Shown: positions 29,536-39,803 of the stretch, in pieces
Position numbering within the stretch: the first letter of the stretch is position 1
How the letters are laid out: each line of letters begins with the position of its first letter
Assembly: GCA_025056745.1 (NCBI GenBank)
Contig: JANWVQ010000082.1
Span: 56,696 to 120,695 of the forward strand
DNA from: Ignavibacterium sp.
GTDB taxonomy: Bacteria; Bacteroidota; Ignavibacteria; Ignavibacteriales; Ignavibacteriaceae
DNA: 64,000 nt
Direction of reading: 5' to 3'
The notes under the pieces: model-generated
Told to the model about the DNA's origin: nothing
Databases searched by the model: none
The model's input: the letters and a program-made list of their open reading frames with translations, nothing else
Position numbers and translations under genes: made by a program

Positions 29536-31008
29536 ATGAAAAAAATTTTTATACTGTTGCCAATTTTTCTTTTTACAATTTCTTTTCCACAACAATTATT
29601 TAAACCTCATCCATTCTCAAAAACAATGGTTATTGGATTTGAAGGAGGAGCAACATATTCAGCCACAGATTATTCAACTCAAGTTTTTGACTATGCCGGA
29701 AAATTTTTTATTGAATACTTTCTTAGATCAGAATCAAAAAGTTCTTTTGGAATAAGAGCCTTATTCAATACAGGATTCATTACAGGAGAATCAAAAAGTC
29801 TAACAAATAAAAAATTCCGAACACAATTTTATTCAACTGGACTTGGTTTAATTTACTTATTATCAGCATCAGATATTTTTTATCCTTACATTTCTGTTGG
29901 AGTTTGTCATCTGTGGTTTCAACCAAGAGGAGAAGATGGTAGCTCACTAACAAATTATAAAAACAAAGTTTACACTCCTAAAGAAATTAATTTTAATAGT
30001 GAATTGGGTTTTAGATTAATGTTAGCGGATAACTTATCAATGATCTTAAATGGAGGAGTTCAGATAAGTCCTAATGATTACCTTGATGATCTGAGAAGAG
30101 GAACAAGCAATGATCTATTCTTCGCTGCGAATTTAGGTCTATCTTATTCTCTATTTACAGAAGCAGACTCTGATAAAGATGGAATACCAGATTCAAAAGA
30201 TAAATGTGCCAATACTCCGTTAGGTGTTAAAGTAGATGATTTTGGATGTCCGTTTGATTCCGATAATGATGGAATCCCTGATTATCTTGACAAATGTCCA
30301 AACACTCCAAGAAATGTTAGTGTTGATGCAGATGGTTGTCCATTCGATACAGATGGTGATGGAGTCCCTGACTATAGAGATTTATGTCCAGATACTCCTA
30401 AAAGAATTAAAGTGGATGACTTTGGATGTCCATTTGATTCTGACAATGATGGAATTCCTGATTATCTTGACAAATGTCCAAATACACCTTTGGGAGTTGA
30501 TGTTGATGCTAAAGGATGCCCTGTTGATTCCGATTTAGATGGAATCCCTGATTATTTAGATAAATGTCCAGATTCAGCCCCTGGTGAAATAGTTGATGAG
30601 AAAGGTTGTAAGAAAATTATTGAATTACCTAAAATTGAAACAGATACAGTAAAAGTAGAACCTATCAGAGAGGTTTCTTTAAGAGTCTCTGATATTTTTG
30701 AGAAAAATGGTATTACACTAAAGCAATCAGCTTTCGTTGAATTAGACAAAATACTTGAAGAGATGAAAAGAGAGCCTCTTTCAAGATGGCGTATTGAAAG
30801 TTACACAGATAACATTGGCTCAGCTGAAGCTAATTTGAGAACATCACAAAAGAGAGCTGAAATAATTCAAAATCATTTCTTAAGCAAAGGTATATCTAAG
30901 ATTAGAGTAGAAGCTGTTGGATTTGGCAACAAATCACCAATAGCTGACAATAAAACAGAAGAAGGAAGAGATAAAAACAGAAGAATTATTATCAGGAGAA
31001 TAAATTAA
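29536..31008 (+). CDS. OmpA-family outer-membrane protein with thrombospondin type-3 (calcium-binding) repeats
   Basis: Signal peptide, N-terminal beta-barrel-like region, 6 or more DxDxDG[IV]PDxxDxCP repeats, and a C-terminal OmpA domain (TDNIGS...NRRIIIRR). Confidence 0.85.
   Translation: MKKIFILLPIFLFTISFPQQLFKPHPFSKTMVIGFEGGATYSATDYSTQVFDYAGKFFIEYFLRSESKSSFGIRALFNTGFITGESKSLTNKKFRTQFYSTGLGLIYLLSASDIFYPYISVGVCHLWFQPRGEDGSSLTNYKNKVYTPKEINFNSELGFRLMLADNLSMILNGGVQISPNDYLDDLRRGTSNDLFFAANLGLSYSLFTEADSDKDGIPDSKDKCANTPLGVKVDDFGCPFDSDNDGIPDYLDKCPNTPRNVSVDADGCPFDTDGDGVPDYRDLCPDTPKRIKVDDFGCPFDSDNDGIPDYLDKCPNTPLGVDVDAKGCPVDSDLDGIPDYLDKCPDSAPGEIVDEKGCKKIIELPKIETDTVKVEPIREVSLRVSDIFEKNGITLKQSAFVELDKILEEMKREPLSRWRIESYTDNIGSAEANLRTSQKRAEIIQNHFLSKGISKIRVEAVGFGNKSPIADNKTEEGRDKNRRIIIRRIN
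30235..30488 (+). repeat. intragenic 180-nt-period DNA repeat inside the OmpA TSP3 region
   Basis: The 74-nt segments 30235-30308 and 30415-30488 differ at 7 positions by my count and are exactly 180 nt apart. Confidence 0.7.
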
Positions 31009-31117
31009 AAAAGTAAAATTAATTTTTAAGTTTAACCTAAACTTTACTGACTTTAGAACGCTCAAAAAAATTTAACTTTGTTTGATTACTTATATTTGCT
31101 ATTGATAAAAACTTATC

Positions 31118-31348
31118 TTAAGCAGGCGGATTCCAAGTTGTAGAATCTAATTTACTGTCTCTTGTCAATGAATTTTTTATTTCATTTATTCGGAAAATTG
31201 TTCTATTAAAAATTCTAAATGAATTTTCTATATAAACTCTCATTGATTCGATATCATTCAAATCAGGCTCATTGTGAGATGCTTCAATCATATCTTTATA
31301 GATTTGGTCAAGAATTGCAATTTCTTTTTGAAAGTTTTGATTTGACAT
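31118..31348 (-). CDS. hypothetical small protein (76 aa) downstream of the LytTR two-component genes
   Basis: This is an ORF only. It is co-directional with the response regulator, 39 nt downstream, with predicted helical character and no recognisable motif. Confidence 0.35.
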   Translation of the reverse strand: MSNQNFQKEIAILDQIYKDMIEASHNEPDLNDIESMRVYIENSFRIFNRTIFRINEIKNSLTRDSKLDSTTWNPPA

Positions 31349-31387
31349 AATATTTCCTCAATACTTTTTTATTTATTTATTGATCAC

Positions 31388-32110
31388 TTACAAACTTAAC
31401 ATTTCTTTGAATTTAATTGATTGCCGTCTTGATACCTCAACTTTTTGTCCACCCTTCAATTTCACCAATAGTCCACCATTCAACCAAGGCTCGATGCTTT
31501 CGATCCATTTAAGATTAACAATGTGTTTTCTACTCGCTCTAAAAAATGTCTTGGGATCTAATCTTTCATCTAAATAATTAAGTGTTCTGAGAATCAGAGG
31601 TTTATTATCATCAAAATAAAGTCGGACGTAATTTCCTTCAGATTCAAAGAGACGAATTTTTTCAAGCTTTACAAACCAACACTTATCCCCATCTTTTACA
31701 AAAACTTGATCTTCTGCCGTTAAAATATTTTTAATTTCTTTAAGGTTTGTAGATGACTTTTTGTTTACTTCTGTAAGTTTTCTTATCGCATCTTCAAGAC
31801 GCTTTGGTTCAATTGGTTTTAGAAGATAATCAAGAGCATTATATTCAAAGGCTTTTAGTGCATACTCGTCGTAAGCTGTTGTAAAAATTACTTTAGGGAC
31901 TTTGTCCAAAATCTCAAGTAAATCAAAACCTGATTTACCTGGCATTTGAATATCAAGAAAAATAAGTTCAGGATCAAATTGATTTATTTTTTCTATTGCT
32001 TCATCAACATTTTTTGCTTCTGCTACTATCTCCAAATCTTTGAATGGTTCTAAAAGTCTACGAAGTTCTGTGCGTGCTAATCTTTCATCATCAATTATTA
32101 TTGTTTTCAT
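31388..32110 (-). CDS. LytR/AlgR family response regulator (receiver plus LytTR DNA-binding domain)
   Basis: 240 aa. Receiver motifs IIIDDE and FLDIQMPG. The C-terminal LytTR block is FRASRKHIVNL. Confidence 0.9.
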   Translation of the reverse strand: MKTIIIDDERLARTELRRLLEPFKDLEIVAEAKNVDEAIEKINQFDPELIFLDIQMPGKSGFDLLEILDKVPKVIFTTAYDEYALKAFEYNALDYLLKPIEPKRLEDAIRKLTEVNKKSSTNLKEIKNILTAEDQVFVKDGDKCWFVKLEKIRLFESEGNYVRLYFDDNKPLILRTLNYLDERLDPKTFFRASRKHIVNLKWIESIEPWLNGGLLVKLKGGQKVEVSRRQSIKFKEMLSL

Positions 32111-33173
32111 CTTTAATTACTCCAATTGGTATTTTTAGTTGTGTGTGAACAAAATTATCATCTAAATTTTCTAACTTGAAATTTGCTTTATCATCATATA
32201 TCAGACTTAATCTTTGTTTTGTATTTTTTATTCCGAAACCTTTTGAATTTTCTAATGAGACAATGTCAACTTTACCGGGATTTAAGATATCAATCACTAA
32301 ATGACCATTATTTAGATGAGTTTTAATTTTTAACTTACCACCGTTGGTAGCTTTTGAAATACCGTGTTTTATTCCATTTTCAACTAAAGTTTGTATCATC
32401 ATTGGAGGAATTTCAATTCGTTCAGAATTTTTATCAATATCAATTTCATAATCTAATCTCTCTTCAAATCTGATCTTTTCAAGTTCAAGATAGTCTTTTA
32501 TTGTTTCAATTTCTTCAAGAAGAGGAACTTTCTCTGTTCTTTCTATTTTTAGAGTGTATCTCATTAAATTAGAAAGTTTAGTTATAGCATCCTTAGCTTT
32601 AATTGGATTTTCTTCAATTAACGATCGAATGCTATTCATTGCATTGAAAATGAAATGAGGATTTAATTGAGATTTTAGAGATTTTAGTTCAAAATCTTTA
32701 ACAGCAGATTCATAAAGAAGAGTTTCTATCTGAGCTTTTTTATAATTTTCAAAAAAATGAATTGAGAAGTAAACAACTGACCACATAAAAAATAGCAAAG
32801 TTGCATTCAGTGTAAAGAAAAATAAATTGAATAAATTATAGTCTTCTTTATGTCCAACATTGAATGAAATATTAAAAGCAGTTATGACTAATATCAAAAT
32901 AATTCCCTTGATAAAATTTGCTATTATCACTTTGTGCAAAAGTTTTTGAATTGGGAGTTTATACCATTGATACTTATGAATTACATTTCTAAATATTGTA
33001 GAAAGCAAAAATCCGAGTAAACCAGTGAGAGAAAAACTTACGATATAAATTGGTTTAAAGTTTTTTTGACCTGAGATAAAGATGGAGTTTAGTAATATAT
33101 AAGCTCCCCATCCAACAATCTGACAAACCCAAAATATTTTATTTCTATTTAGATTCTCTAATTTCATATACAT
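32091..33173 (-). CDS. sensor histidine kinase (LytS/His_kinase family, multi-TM sensor)
   Basis: 360 aa. It has 4-5 N-terminal TM helices, QLNPHFIFNAMNSI (His_kinase motif) and the HATPase N-box ENGIKHG. It overlaps the response-regulator gene by 20 nt. Confidence 0.85.
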   Translation of the reverse strand: MYMKLENLNRNKIFWVCQIVGWGAYILLNSIFISGQKNFKPIYIVSFSLTGLLGFLLSTIFRNVIHKYQWYKLPIQKLLHKVIIANFIKGIILILVITAFNISFNVGHKEDYNLFNLFFFTLNATLLFFMWSVVYFSIHFFENYKKAQIETLLYESAVKDFELKSLKSQLNPHFIFNAMNSIRSLIEENPIKAKDAITKLSNLMRYTLKIERTEKVPLLEEIETIKDYLELEKIRFEERLDYEIDIDKNSERIEIPPMMIQTLVENGIKHGISKATNGGKLKIKTHLNNGHLVIDILNPGKVDIVSLENSKGFGIKNTKQRLSLIYDDKANFKLENLDDNFVHTQLKIPIGVIKDENNNN

Positions 33174-33264
33174 TGTTTAGTTTAATGACAAACTTATTAG
33201 TTTATCAAACAGAATTGAATAAAAATAAATAAGAGGCTTTATCAAATGATAAATGGATTTGATA

Positions 33265-34110
33265 TCAGTCTTTTAACCACATATTTAACCATTCTTTTCT
33301 CAATTCATCTACTTTTTTTCTATGGCTTTTAAGGAAATGATCTCCGTCTTCCAATAATATTAGTCTAAATTTTCTTTTTAGTTCTAAGAGTTTATATGAC
33401 AAATCAATTGAATCGTGCGGAAGCACTCTATCATCATTATTACCGTGAATAATCATTATCGGTGTTTTTTCAGAAAGTTTCTCAGGGAAATTAATTATTG
33501 AACGAGATTCACAATTCCTGAAAAATTCTTCAGTATTATACCTTCCCATAGTATGTTCATAAAGTCTCCTCATAAATTTACTTTCATTTGAATTGCATCG
33601 TAGATTTGCAATTCCACCAATCACAGTGGCACAATTGAATAAATCAGTTTTTGTTAAAGTCAAATAAGTCATCATACCACCACGTGACCAGCCTTCGATT
33701 CCCCATTTAGATGTGTCTGCTGAGGGTATTTCATTTGCTAAAGGGATAAGATTTAATATATCATTGAGATCATCACCTCCAAAGTTATCATATCCTTCTC
33801 CTCCATCATTTCCTCTATATTGAGAAGCAAAGACACAATAACCCCAACTTGCTAATTGTCCAAATATTCCTCTTGCATTGAAAAAATCGATTGCACCTGC
33901 ATTTCCAATTCCACCTCTGCACCAAATAACACAAGGATATTTTTTTTCAACATCTTTAGGATAAGCTATATATCCTTTAACTTTAAGACCATCAGATAAA
34001 TAAGTTATTTTTTCAACTGTAGAATTTTCAATAACATCCTCTCCCCACCCACTCTTGATCATTTTTTCTTGAGAGTTGGTCATATTAATAATTTCTCTTT
34101 CAAGAATCAT
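33265..34110 (-). CDS. alpha/beta hydrolase (S9 peptidase / dienelactone-hydrolase-like)
   Basis: 281 aa. Nucleophile elbow GWSRGG, with HGNNDDRV and GDHF providing the Asp/His contexts. Confidence 0.75.
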   Translation of the reverse strand: MILEREIINMTNSQEKMIKSGWGEDVIENSTVEKITYLSDGLKVKGYIAYPKDVEKKYPCVIWCRGGIGNAGAIDFFNARGIFGQLASWGYCVFASQYRGNDGGEGYDNFGGDDLNDILNLIPLANEIPSADTSKWGIEGWSRGGMMTYLTLTKTDLFNCATVIGGIANLRCNSNESKFMRRLYEHTMGRYNTEEFFRNCESRSIINFPEKLSEKTPIMIIHGNNDDRVLPHDSIDLSYKLLELKRKFRLILLEDGDHFLKSHRKKVDELRKEWLNMWLKD

Positions 34111-35057
34111 TGCTTGCTAATTTGATTTAATCTATTCAAAGCGGAGTAATATTCTTCCAATAATCTTTTGAAAAGAACTTCAACTGTTGGAATATCTTTA
34201 ATAAGCCCAACTCCCTGTCCTGCCTCCATAGCACCTTCAATTTCATCGCCTTCAAATATTCCTAATCTTTCTCTTTTAGTAGCTAATAATTCCTTTAATT
34301 TTTCTTCATCCCAACCATCTCTTTCTGCTTTAACAGCTCGCTCTGCAAAGTCGTTTTTAATCATTCTCATCAAACCGATTTTAGCAAAGGCTAAGACGGT
34401 ATCATTATCTTGAGCTTGAAGAATTCTTTTCTTATAATTTTCGTGTGCAGAAGATTCTACAGTCGCTGCAAATCTTGTCCCCATTTGAACTCCCGATGCA
34501 CCAAGTGAGAGTGCAGCGAGAATTCCTCTCCCATCAGCAATTCCACCTGCTGCAATCACTGGAATCTCTAAAGCATCTACTAATTGAGGGATAAGCGCCA
34601 TCGTAGTAATTTGATCTGCACCATTATGTCCTCCTGCTTCAACCCCTTCACCAACGACTGCATCACAACCTGCTTCCTGAGCCTTTAAGGCAAATTTTAC
34701 ATTTGGGACAACGTGTATCAGTTTAACTCCATTCTCCTTCAAAACTTGAGAATATTTTCTCGGATGACCTGCTGAAGTGAAAACAATCTTTACTCCTTCC
34801 TCAATTGTAACCTTAACTAATTCATCAGCATCACCTCTTAAGAGAGGAATGTTAACACCGAATGGTTTTGTAGTTGCATTTTTGCATTTAATGATATGTT
34901 CTCTCAGTAATTCAGGTTTCATTGAACCCGACCCAATCAATCCTAAGCCTCCTGAGTTTGAAACTGCAGAAGCTAATTTCCAACCACTTACCCAAACCAT
35001 TCCAGCTTGAATAATTGGATACTGAATACCTAAAAGTTTTGTAATTTGAGTTTCCAT
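34107..35057 (-). CDS. NAD(P)H-dependent flavin oxidoreductase (nitronate monooxygenase / FabK family)
   Basis: 316 aa. IIQAGMVWVS, GGHNG and AAGGIADGRG are typical of the NMO/FabK TIM barrel. Confidence 0.85.
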   Translation of the reverse strand: METQITKLLGIQYPIIQAGMVWVSGWKLASAVSNSGGLGLIGSGSMKPELLREHIIKCKNATTKPFGVNIPLLRGDADELVKVTIEEGVKIVFTSAGHPRKYSQVLKENGVKLIHVVPNVKFALKAQEAGCDAVVGEGVEAGGHNGADQITTMALIPQLVDALEIPVIAAGGIADGRGILAALSLGASGVQMGTRFAATVESSAHENYKKRILQAQDNDTVLAFAKIGLMRMIKNDFAERAVKAERDGWDEEKLKELLATKRERLGIFEGDEIEGAMEAGQGVGLIKDIPTVEVLFKRLLEEYYSALNRLNQISKQ

Positions 35058-35258
35058 AATTAATAAGAACTATGTTTGTTTCTTATTTGTTTTAATAAAT
35101 AGTTTTACCGCTAAAATTTTCCAGAAAATAAATTTTTGAACTAATAAAAATAATCTCATAATATTTTAGTTCAATAAGTTATTATTTTATATGGTTGAAC
35201 ATAAAGCAATTAATATTAACTTGATTTTTGATTTTTTTATTTTTTGACAAAAAACTAA

Positions 35259-36401
35259 ATGAAAAAGGTTTTAATACTTGGCTCTACAGGCTCGATTGGG
35301 GTTAATTCACTTAACGTAATAAGAGAACATCCTGATAAATTTCAAGTAGTGGGAATAACAACTAATTCGAATATTGAATTACTTGAACAACAAATTAATG
35401 AATTTAATCCTAAAATCGTAGCAGTTAAAGATGTTTCTCAAGCAAAAGCTCTTAAGAAAAGATTAAATAGTTCAATTGAAATTTTATCTGGCGAGGATGG
35501 AATTATAAATGCAGCACTGAATTCTGATTATGATATTTTAATTGGAGCTATGGTTGGATTTTCGGGGTTATTACCAACAATTGAGGCAATCAAAAAAGGT
35601 AAACGTATAGCCTTAGCAAACAAAGAAACTTTAGTCGTTGCCGGAGAAATTGTAACTGGATTAGTAGCAGAGTTTAGTGCGGAAATTATACCTGTTGATT
35701 CCGAGCATTCAGCAATATATCAATGTTTGGTAGGAGAAAATTTAGAAGAAGTTGAAAAGATAATACTTACAGCTTCAGGAGGACCATTCTTAAACAAAGA
35801 CAAATCTTTTTTTGAGAATGCAACAGTTGAAGAAGCTCTAAATCATCCCAATTGGAAGATGGGCAATAAAATTACAATTGATTCTGCCACAATGATGAAC
35901 AAAGGACTTGAAGTAATCGAAGCACATTGGCTCTTTGGATTACCTGCGGAAAAAATTGAAGTAGTGGTTCATCCTCAATCTATAATTCACTCAATGGTTC
36001 AATTTCAAGATGGTTCAATTAAAGCTCAATTGGGTTTACCAGATATGAAGTTACCAATTCAATATGCTTTAAGTTTTCCGGAAAGATTGAATAATAATTT
36101 TACGAGAACAAATCTTCCATCTATTAAAACTTTTACCTTTTTTGAACCAGATTTTGATAAATTTGAATGCTTATCTTTAGCTTATCAAGCATTAAGATCG
36201 GGCGGAAATGCACCTTGCATCTTGAATGCAGCAAATGAAATAGCAGTTGAAAAGTTTTTATTAGGCAAAATAAAATTTTCAGAGATTTCTAAAATAATTT
36301 ATGAAGCTTTAAGCAAGATTGAACATCAAAAATCGCCATCACTCGATGATATAATTGAATGTGATAAAATTACACGAGATTTTGTAACAAATAGTTTTTA
36401 A
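35259..36401 (+). CDS. dxr: 1-deoxy-D-xylulose-5-phosphate reductoisomerase
   Basis: 380 aa. LGSTGSIG, LANKE, PVDSEHSA and HPNWKMG blocks. Confidence 0.95.
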   Translation: MKKVLILGSTGSIGVNSLNVIREHPDKFQVVGITTNSNIELLEQQINEFNPKIVAVKDVSQAKALKKRLNSSIEILSGEDGIINAALNSDYDILIGAMVGFSGLLPTIEAIKKGKRIALANKETLVVAGEIVTGLVAEFSAEIIPVDSEHSAIYQCLVGENLEEVEKIILTASGGPFLNKDKSFFENATVEEALNHPNWKMGNKITIDSATMMNKGLEVIEAHWLFGLPAEKIEVVVHPQSIIHSMVQFQDGSIKAQLGLPDMKLPIQYALSFPERLNNNFTRTNLPSIKTFTFFEPDFDKFECLSLAYQALRSGGNAPCILNAANEIAVEKFLLGKIKFSEISKIIYEALSKIEHQKSPSLDDIIECDKITRDFVTNSF

Positions 36402-36431
36402 TTATCTTTGAAAAAAGGAGAACATTGATAT

Positions 36432-37796
36432 ATGGACTATATCTTTTATTTTATAATTACTATAGGAATTCTGGTATTCATTCACGAATTTGGACACTTC
36501 GCTGCGGCAAAACTAACTGGGATGAGAGCAGAAATTTTTGCTATTGGTTTTGGCAAACGATTATTTGGATGGAATAAAAAAACTGGCTTCACTTTTGGCG
36601 AACTTCCGAAAGATTTTGATGGCGAAGGGAATACTGATTATAGGATATGTTTACTTCCCCTTGGTGGTTATGTAAAAGTTACAGGTATGGTCGATGAAAG
36701 TCTTGATACAAATAATCTCTCATCCGAGCCAAAGCCTTATGAATTCAGAGCAAAACCTCTATGGGCAAAAGTTTTTGTCATTACCGCCGGTGTTTTAATG
36801 AATTTAATTTTAGCTTGGCTTATTTTCTGGGGAGCAAATTATTTTCAAGGGAAACCTTCAACAAAAACTACTACTATCGGATTTGTTGAAGAAAATTCAA
36901 AAGCTGATTCACTCGGATTTAAACAAGGCGACAAGATAGTTTCAGTAAATGGGAAAAAAGTAAATAATTGGGAAGAACTTAGAACAGAAATTTTTGTGAA
37001 CACTTTAGGAGAAGATTTAACTTTACAAATTCAAAGAAATAATTCTTTAATAAACATCAATATCCCTCGAACCTCAATTCCTGAAGATGAAACTCAAGGC
37101 TTATTTTTAATTCCTGAAGGTATAAGACCTGTAGTAGGTGATGTAATGAAAAATTCACCAGCGGAAAAATCAGGATTTAAAGCTGGTGATATTTTCATCT
37201 CAATAAATGAAAAACAAGTTTTCCTTCCTAAAGATGTAACAGAAATTGTATCTAATAACAAAGGAAAAAATATTGATATTAAATTAGTTCGTAATAAAGA
37301 CACAATGTATTTATCGGTTACTCCTACCTCCGAAGGCAAAATAGGTGTTGCAATATCTCCATCGTTCACTGGAGAGGTTGAGTATGTAACCTACGGTTTC
37401 TTTGAATCTTTTTACTATGGTTGGTTAGACATAATTAGAATGACAGAGCTAACTTTCAATATGTTGAGCAAAGTTATTAGTGGTAATGTTGAATTTAAAA
37501 AAGCATTCGGAGGCCCAATTAGAATTGCTCAGTTCGCAGCAAAATCAGCAGACAGTGGAATCTCCAGTTTTATTTATTTCTTAGCTCTTTTGAGTTTGAG
37601 TTTAGCAATTCTTAATATTTTACCATTCCCAGTTTTAGATGGTGGACATTTAGTCATAATTCTAATAGAAGGAATCATAAGAAAAGAAATACCACTTAAA
37701 GTAAAACTTGGAATTCAGAAAGTTGGAATGGCTTTATTGTTATTGTTAATGGCATTCATTCTTTACAATGACATATTATCATTAAAAATTTGGTAG
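36432..37796 (+). CDS. rseP: RIP (site-2) zinc metalloprotease RseP
   Basis: 454 aa. HEFGHF motif, PDZ region and LNILPFPVLDGG motif. The dxr-rseP adjacency is conserved. Confidence 0.9.
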   Translation: MDYIFYFIITIGILVFIHEFGHFAAAKLTGMRAEIFAIGFGKRLFGWNKKTGFTFGELPKDFDGEGNTDYRICLLPLGGYVKVTGMVDESLDTNNLSSEPKPYEFRAKPLWAKVFVITAGVLMNLILAWLIFWGANYFQGKPSTKTTTIGFVEENSKADSLGFKQGDKIVSVNGKKVNNWEELRTEIFVNTLGEDLTLQIQRNNSLININIPRTSIPEDETQGLFLIPEGIRPVVGDVMKNSPAEKSGFKAGDIFISINEKQVFLPKDVTEIVSNNKGKNIDIKLVRNKDTMYLSVTPTSEGKIGVAISPSFTGEVEYVTYGFFESFYYGWLDIIRMTELTFNMLSKVISGNVEFKKAFGGPIRIAQFAAKSADSGISSFIYFLALLSLSLAILNILPFPVLDGGHLVIILIEGIIRKEIPLKVKLGIQKVGMALLLLLMAFILYNDILSLKIW

Positions 37797-37799
37797 AAT

Positions 37800-39200
37800 A
37801 TGTTCAAAGTAGTATTAATTAAAGGAGACGGAATAGGACCTGAGATATCGGATGCAGTTGTCGAAATTTTTGATGCAGCAAAAGTCCCTATTCAATGGAT
37901 TGAAAAAAAAGCTGGTTTAAATGCAATTGATATTGCGCCAAATGGAATTCCAGATGATACACTTGAAGCAATTAAAACTTATCAAGTAGCTTTAAAAGGT
38001 CCTACCACAACTCCAGTTGGCTCAGGACACAAATCCGTTAACGTGACTTTAAGAAAAGCATTGGAGCTTTATGCAAATGTTCGTCCTGCTAAATCTTTAC
38101 CGGGTGTAAGGTCGAGATTTGACAATGTTGACTTAATAATTATCAGAGAAAATATCGAAGATACTTATGGTGGAATTGAACATCATCAAACTTCTGATGT
38201 TGCTCAATGCTTAAAACTAATAACTCGCCCTGGCTCAATAAGAATTGCTAAATACGCTTTTGAAATGGCAAAACTCTATGGAAGGAAAAAAGTTTTAGCA
38301 GTTCATAAGGCTAATATTCATAAAATCACTGATGGATTATTCTTAAAATGTTTTTATGAAGTAGCTCAAGAATATCCGGAAATTCAAGCATCAGATCTTA
38401 TTGTTGATAATACTTGTATGCAACTTGTTGTTCACCCTGAAAGATTTGATGTGTTAGTTTTACCAAATTTATATGGAGATATTGTAAGCGATTTATGTGC
38501 TGGTTTAGTTGGCGGATTGGGAGTTGCTCCCGGTGGAAATATTGGAGATTCTGTTGCAATTTTTGAAGCAGTTCACGGTTCAGCGCCTGATATCGCTGGT
38601 CAAGGTATTGCAAATCCCACTGCCCTTTTACTTTCATCCTTTCAAATGCTTCAGCATATTGGACTTCATAAAACCAAACAGAGAATTGAAAATGCTCTTA
38701 TTCAAACTTTAAAGGATGGAATCGCTACAAGAGACTTAGGTGGAAATGAAAATACAAAAGAATTTGTCTCTGCTATAATAAAAAGATTAGAACCACCTTT
38801 TGAAAATGAATTTATAGAACCAGCTCCATTGAGAATTAAAAGTGAATTATTAAAAACTCATAAAGATGTTGTTGAATACTGTCACGGTGTAGATATATTT
38901 GTTGAAAATCCAACTGGTGTTCCAAATATGCCTCAACAAGTTGGAAAACTAAAATTAAAAATGATCTCAAATAGAGGGACAAAAGTTTTCCCAGGCCCTC
39001 AACCAAACATTTGGTTGGTTGACCATCATAGATGCAGATATATCGCTACAGATGAAGATGATAACTTCATAAATATCGGTGATGATGAAATTTTCAATTT
39101 AATTAGAGAGGTATCTGCTTCGGGAATCAAATGGATGCACATTGAAAAACTTCAACTCTTTGATGGAGAAATTGGCTATTCGAAAGCTCAGGGAGAATAA
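37800..39200 (+). CDS. icd: isocitrate dehydrogenase (isocitrate/isopropylmalate dehydrogenase family) with a ~135-aa C-terminal extension
   Basis: 466 aa. [27 protein letters not shown] and HGSAPDIAG blocks. The canonical fold ends near nt 38790 (...SAIIKRLE). Confidence 0.8.
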   Translation: MFKVVLIKGDGIGPEISDAVVEIFDAAKVPIQWIEKKAGLNAIDIAPNGIPDDTLEAIKTYQVALKGPTTTPVGSGHKSVNVTLRKALELYANVRPAKSLPGVRSRFDNVDLIIIRENIEDTYGGIEHHQTSDVAQCLKLITRPGSIRIAKYAFEMAKLYGRKKVLAVHKANIHKITDGLFLKCFYEVAQEYPEIQASDLIVDNTCMQLVVHPERFDVLVLPNLYGDIVSDLCAGLVGGLGVAPGGNIGDSVAIFEAVHGSAPDIAGQGIANPTALLLSSFQMLQHIGLHKTKQRIENALIQTLKDGIATRDLGGNENTKEFVSAIIKRLEPPFENEFIEPAPLRIKSELLKTHKDVVEYCHGVDIFVENPTGVPNMPQQVGKLKLKMISNRGTKVFPGPQPNIWLVDHHRCRYIATDEDDNFINIGDDEIFNLIREVSASGIKWMHIEKLQLFDGEIGYSKAQGE

Positions 39201-39242
39201 ATTAAAAGTTCACTTATAATATCTTTTTGAATAATTTATCTG

Positions 39243-39295
39243 CCACAAAGACACCAAGACACAAAAATTCTTTGTGACTTAGTGCCTTTGTGGCA
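39243..39295. repeat. long imperfect inverted repeat (24-nt arms, 5-nt loop) downstream of icd
   Basis: Arm 39243-39266 is GCCACAAAGACACCAAGACACAAA. Arm 39272-39295 is TTTGTGACTTAGTGCCTTTGTGGC. I count 3 mismatches in 24 pairs. No T-run follows on either strand. Confidence 0.6.
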
Positions 39296-39375
39296 CTTGA
39301 AATATTTAAGCAAGAGTTAGATTTTATAAAATTTATAAAAACAAAGAGGATTAAAAGTTTCTGGGAGCAATAAAA

Positions 39376-39801
39376 ATGAAAAAATATCTTTCAATAATAA
39401 TTTTCACAATAATGATTATCTCTTGTGGAAAGAAAGAAGAAAACTTTGAAGCTTTTAACGCAGAAGCTTTTGCTTATGACTTAGATAACTATTGGGAAGT
39501 TAATATCTCAACAAGAATCAAAGGAGCAAAAGAGTATTTAGATGAAGAAAACAAAAAATACTTGTATGCACTTTCCTTTTCAGTTGATTTAGTACATCCA
39601 GATAGCACTATTGAAAAAAATAAATTTTCTTTCGCTCACTCTCAACAAAGTGATGAGAAATTAAGAGACTTAGGATTAGAAGCCCAATTCGAACTTGATT
39701 CAACGTACAGAGCAGGTAACTACAAAATAATCATAAATATTAAGGACGAGCATTCTCAGAAACAAACTTCAATAGAAGAAGAATTAGTATTATCGAAATA
39801 A
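39376..39801 (+). CDS. hypothetical lipoprotein
   Basis: 141 aa. Signal peptide with lipobox IISCG. No recognisable family. Confidence 0.5.
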   Translation: MKKYLSIIIFTIMIISCGKKEENFEAFNAEAFAYDLDNYWEVNISTRIKGAKEYLDEENKKYLYALSFSVDLVHPDSTIEKNKFSFAHSQQSDEKLRDLGLEAQFELDSTYRAGNYKIIINIKDEHSQKQTSIEEELVLSK

Positions 39802-39803
39802 AT

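Noticed and set aside
30236-30538. 100-aa plus-strand ORF in an alternate frame of the OmpA gene
   Set aside because: It is an artefact of the repetitive TSP3-coding DNA. The OmpA frame has clear DxDxDG repeats and continuous signal-peptide to OmpA-domain architecture.
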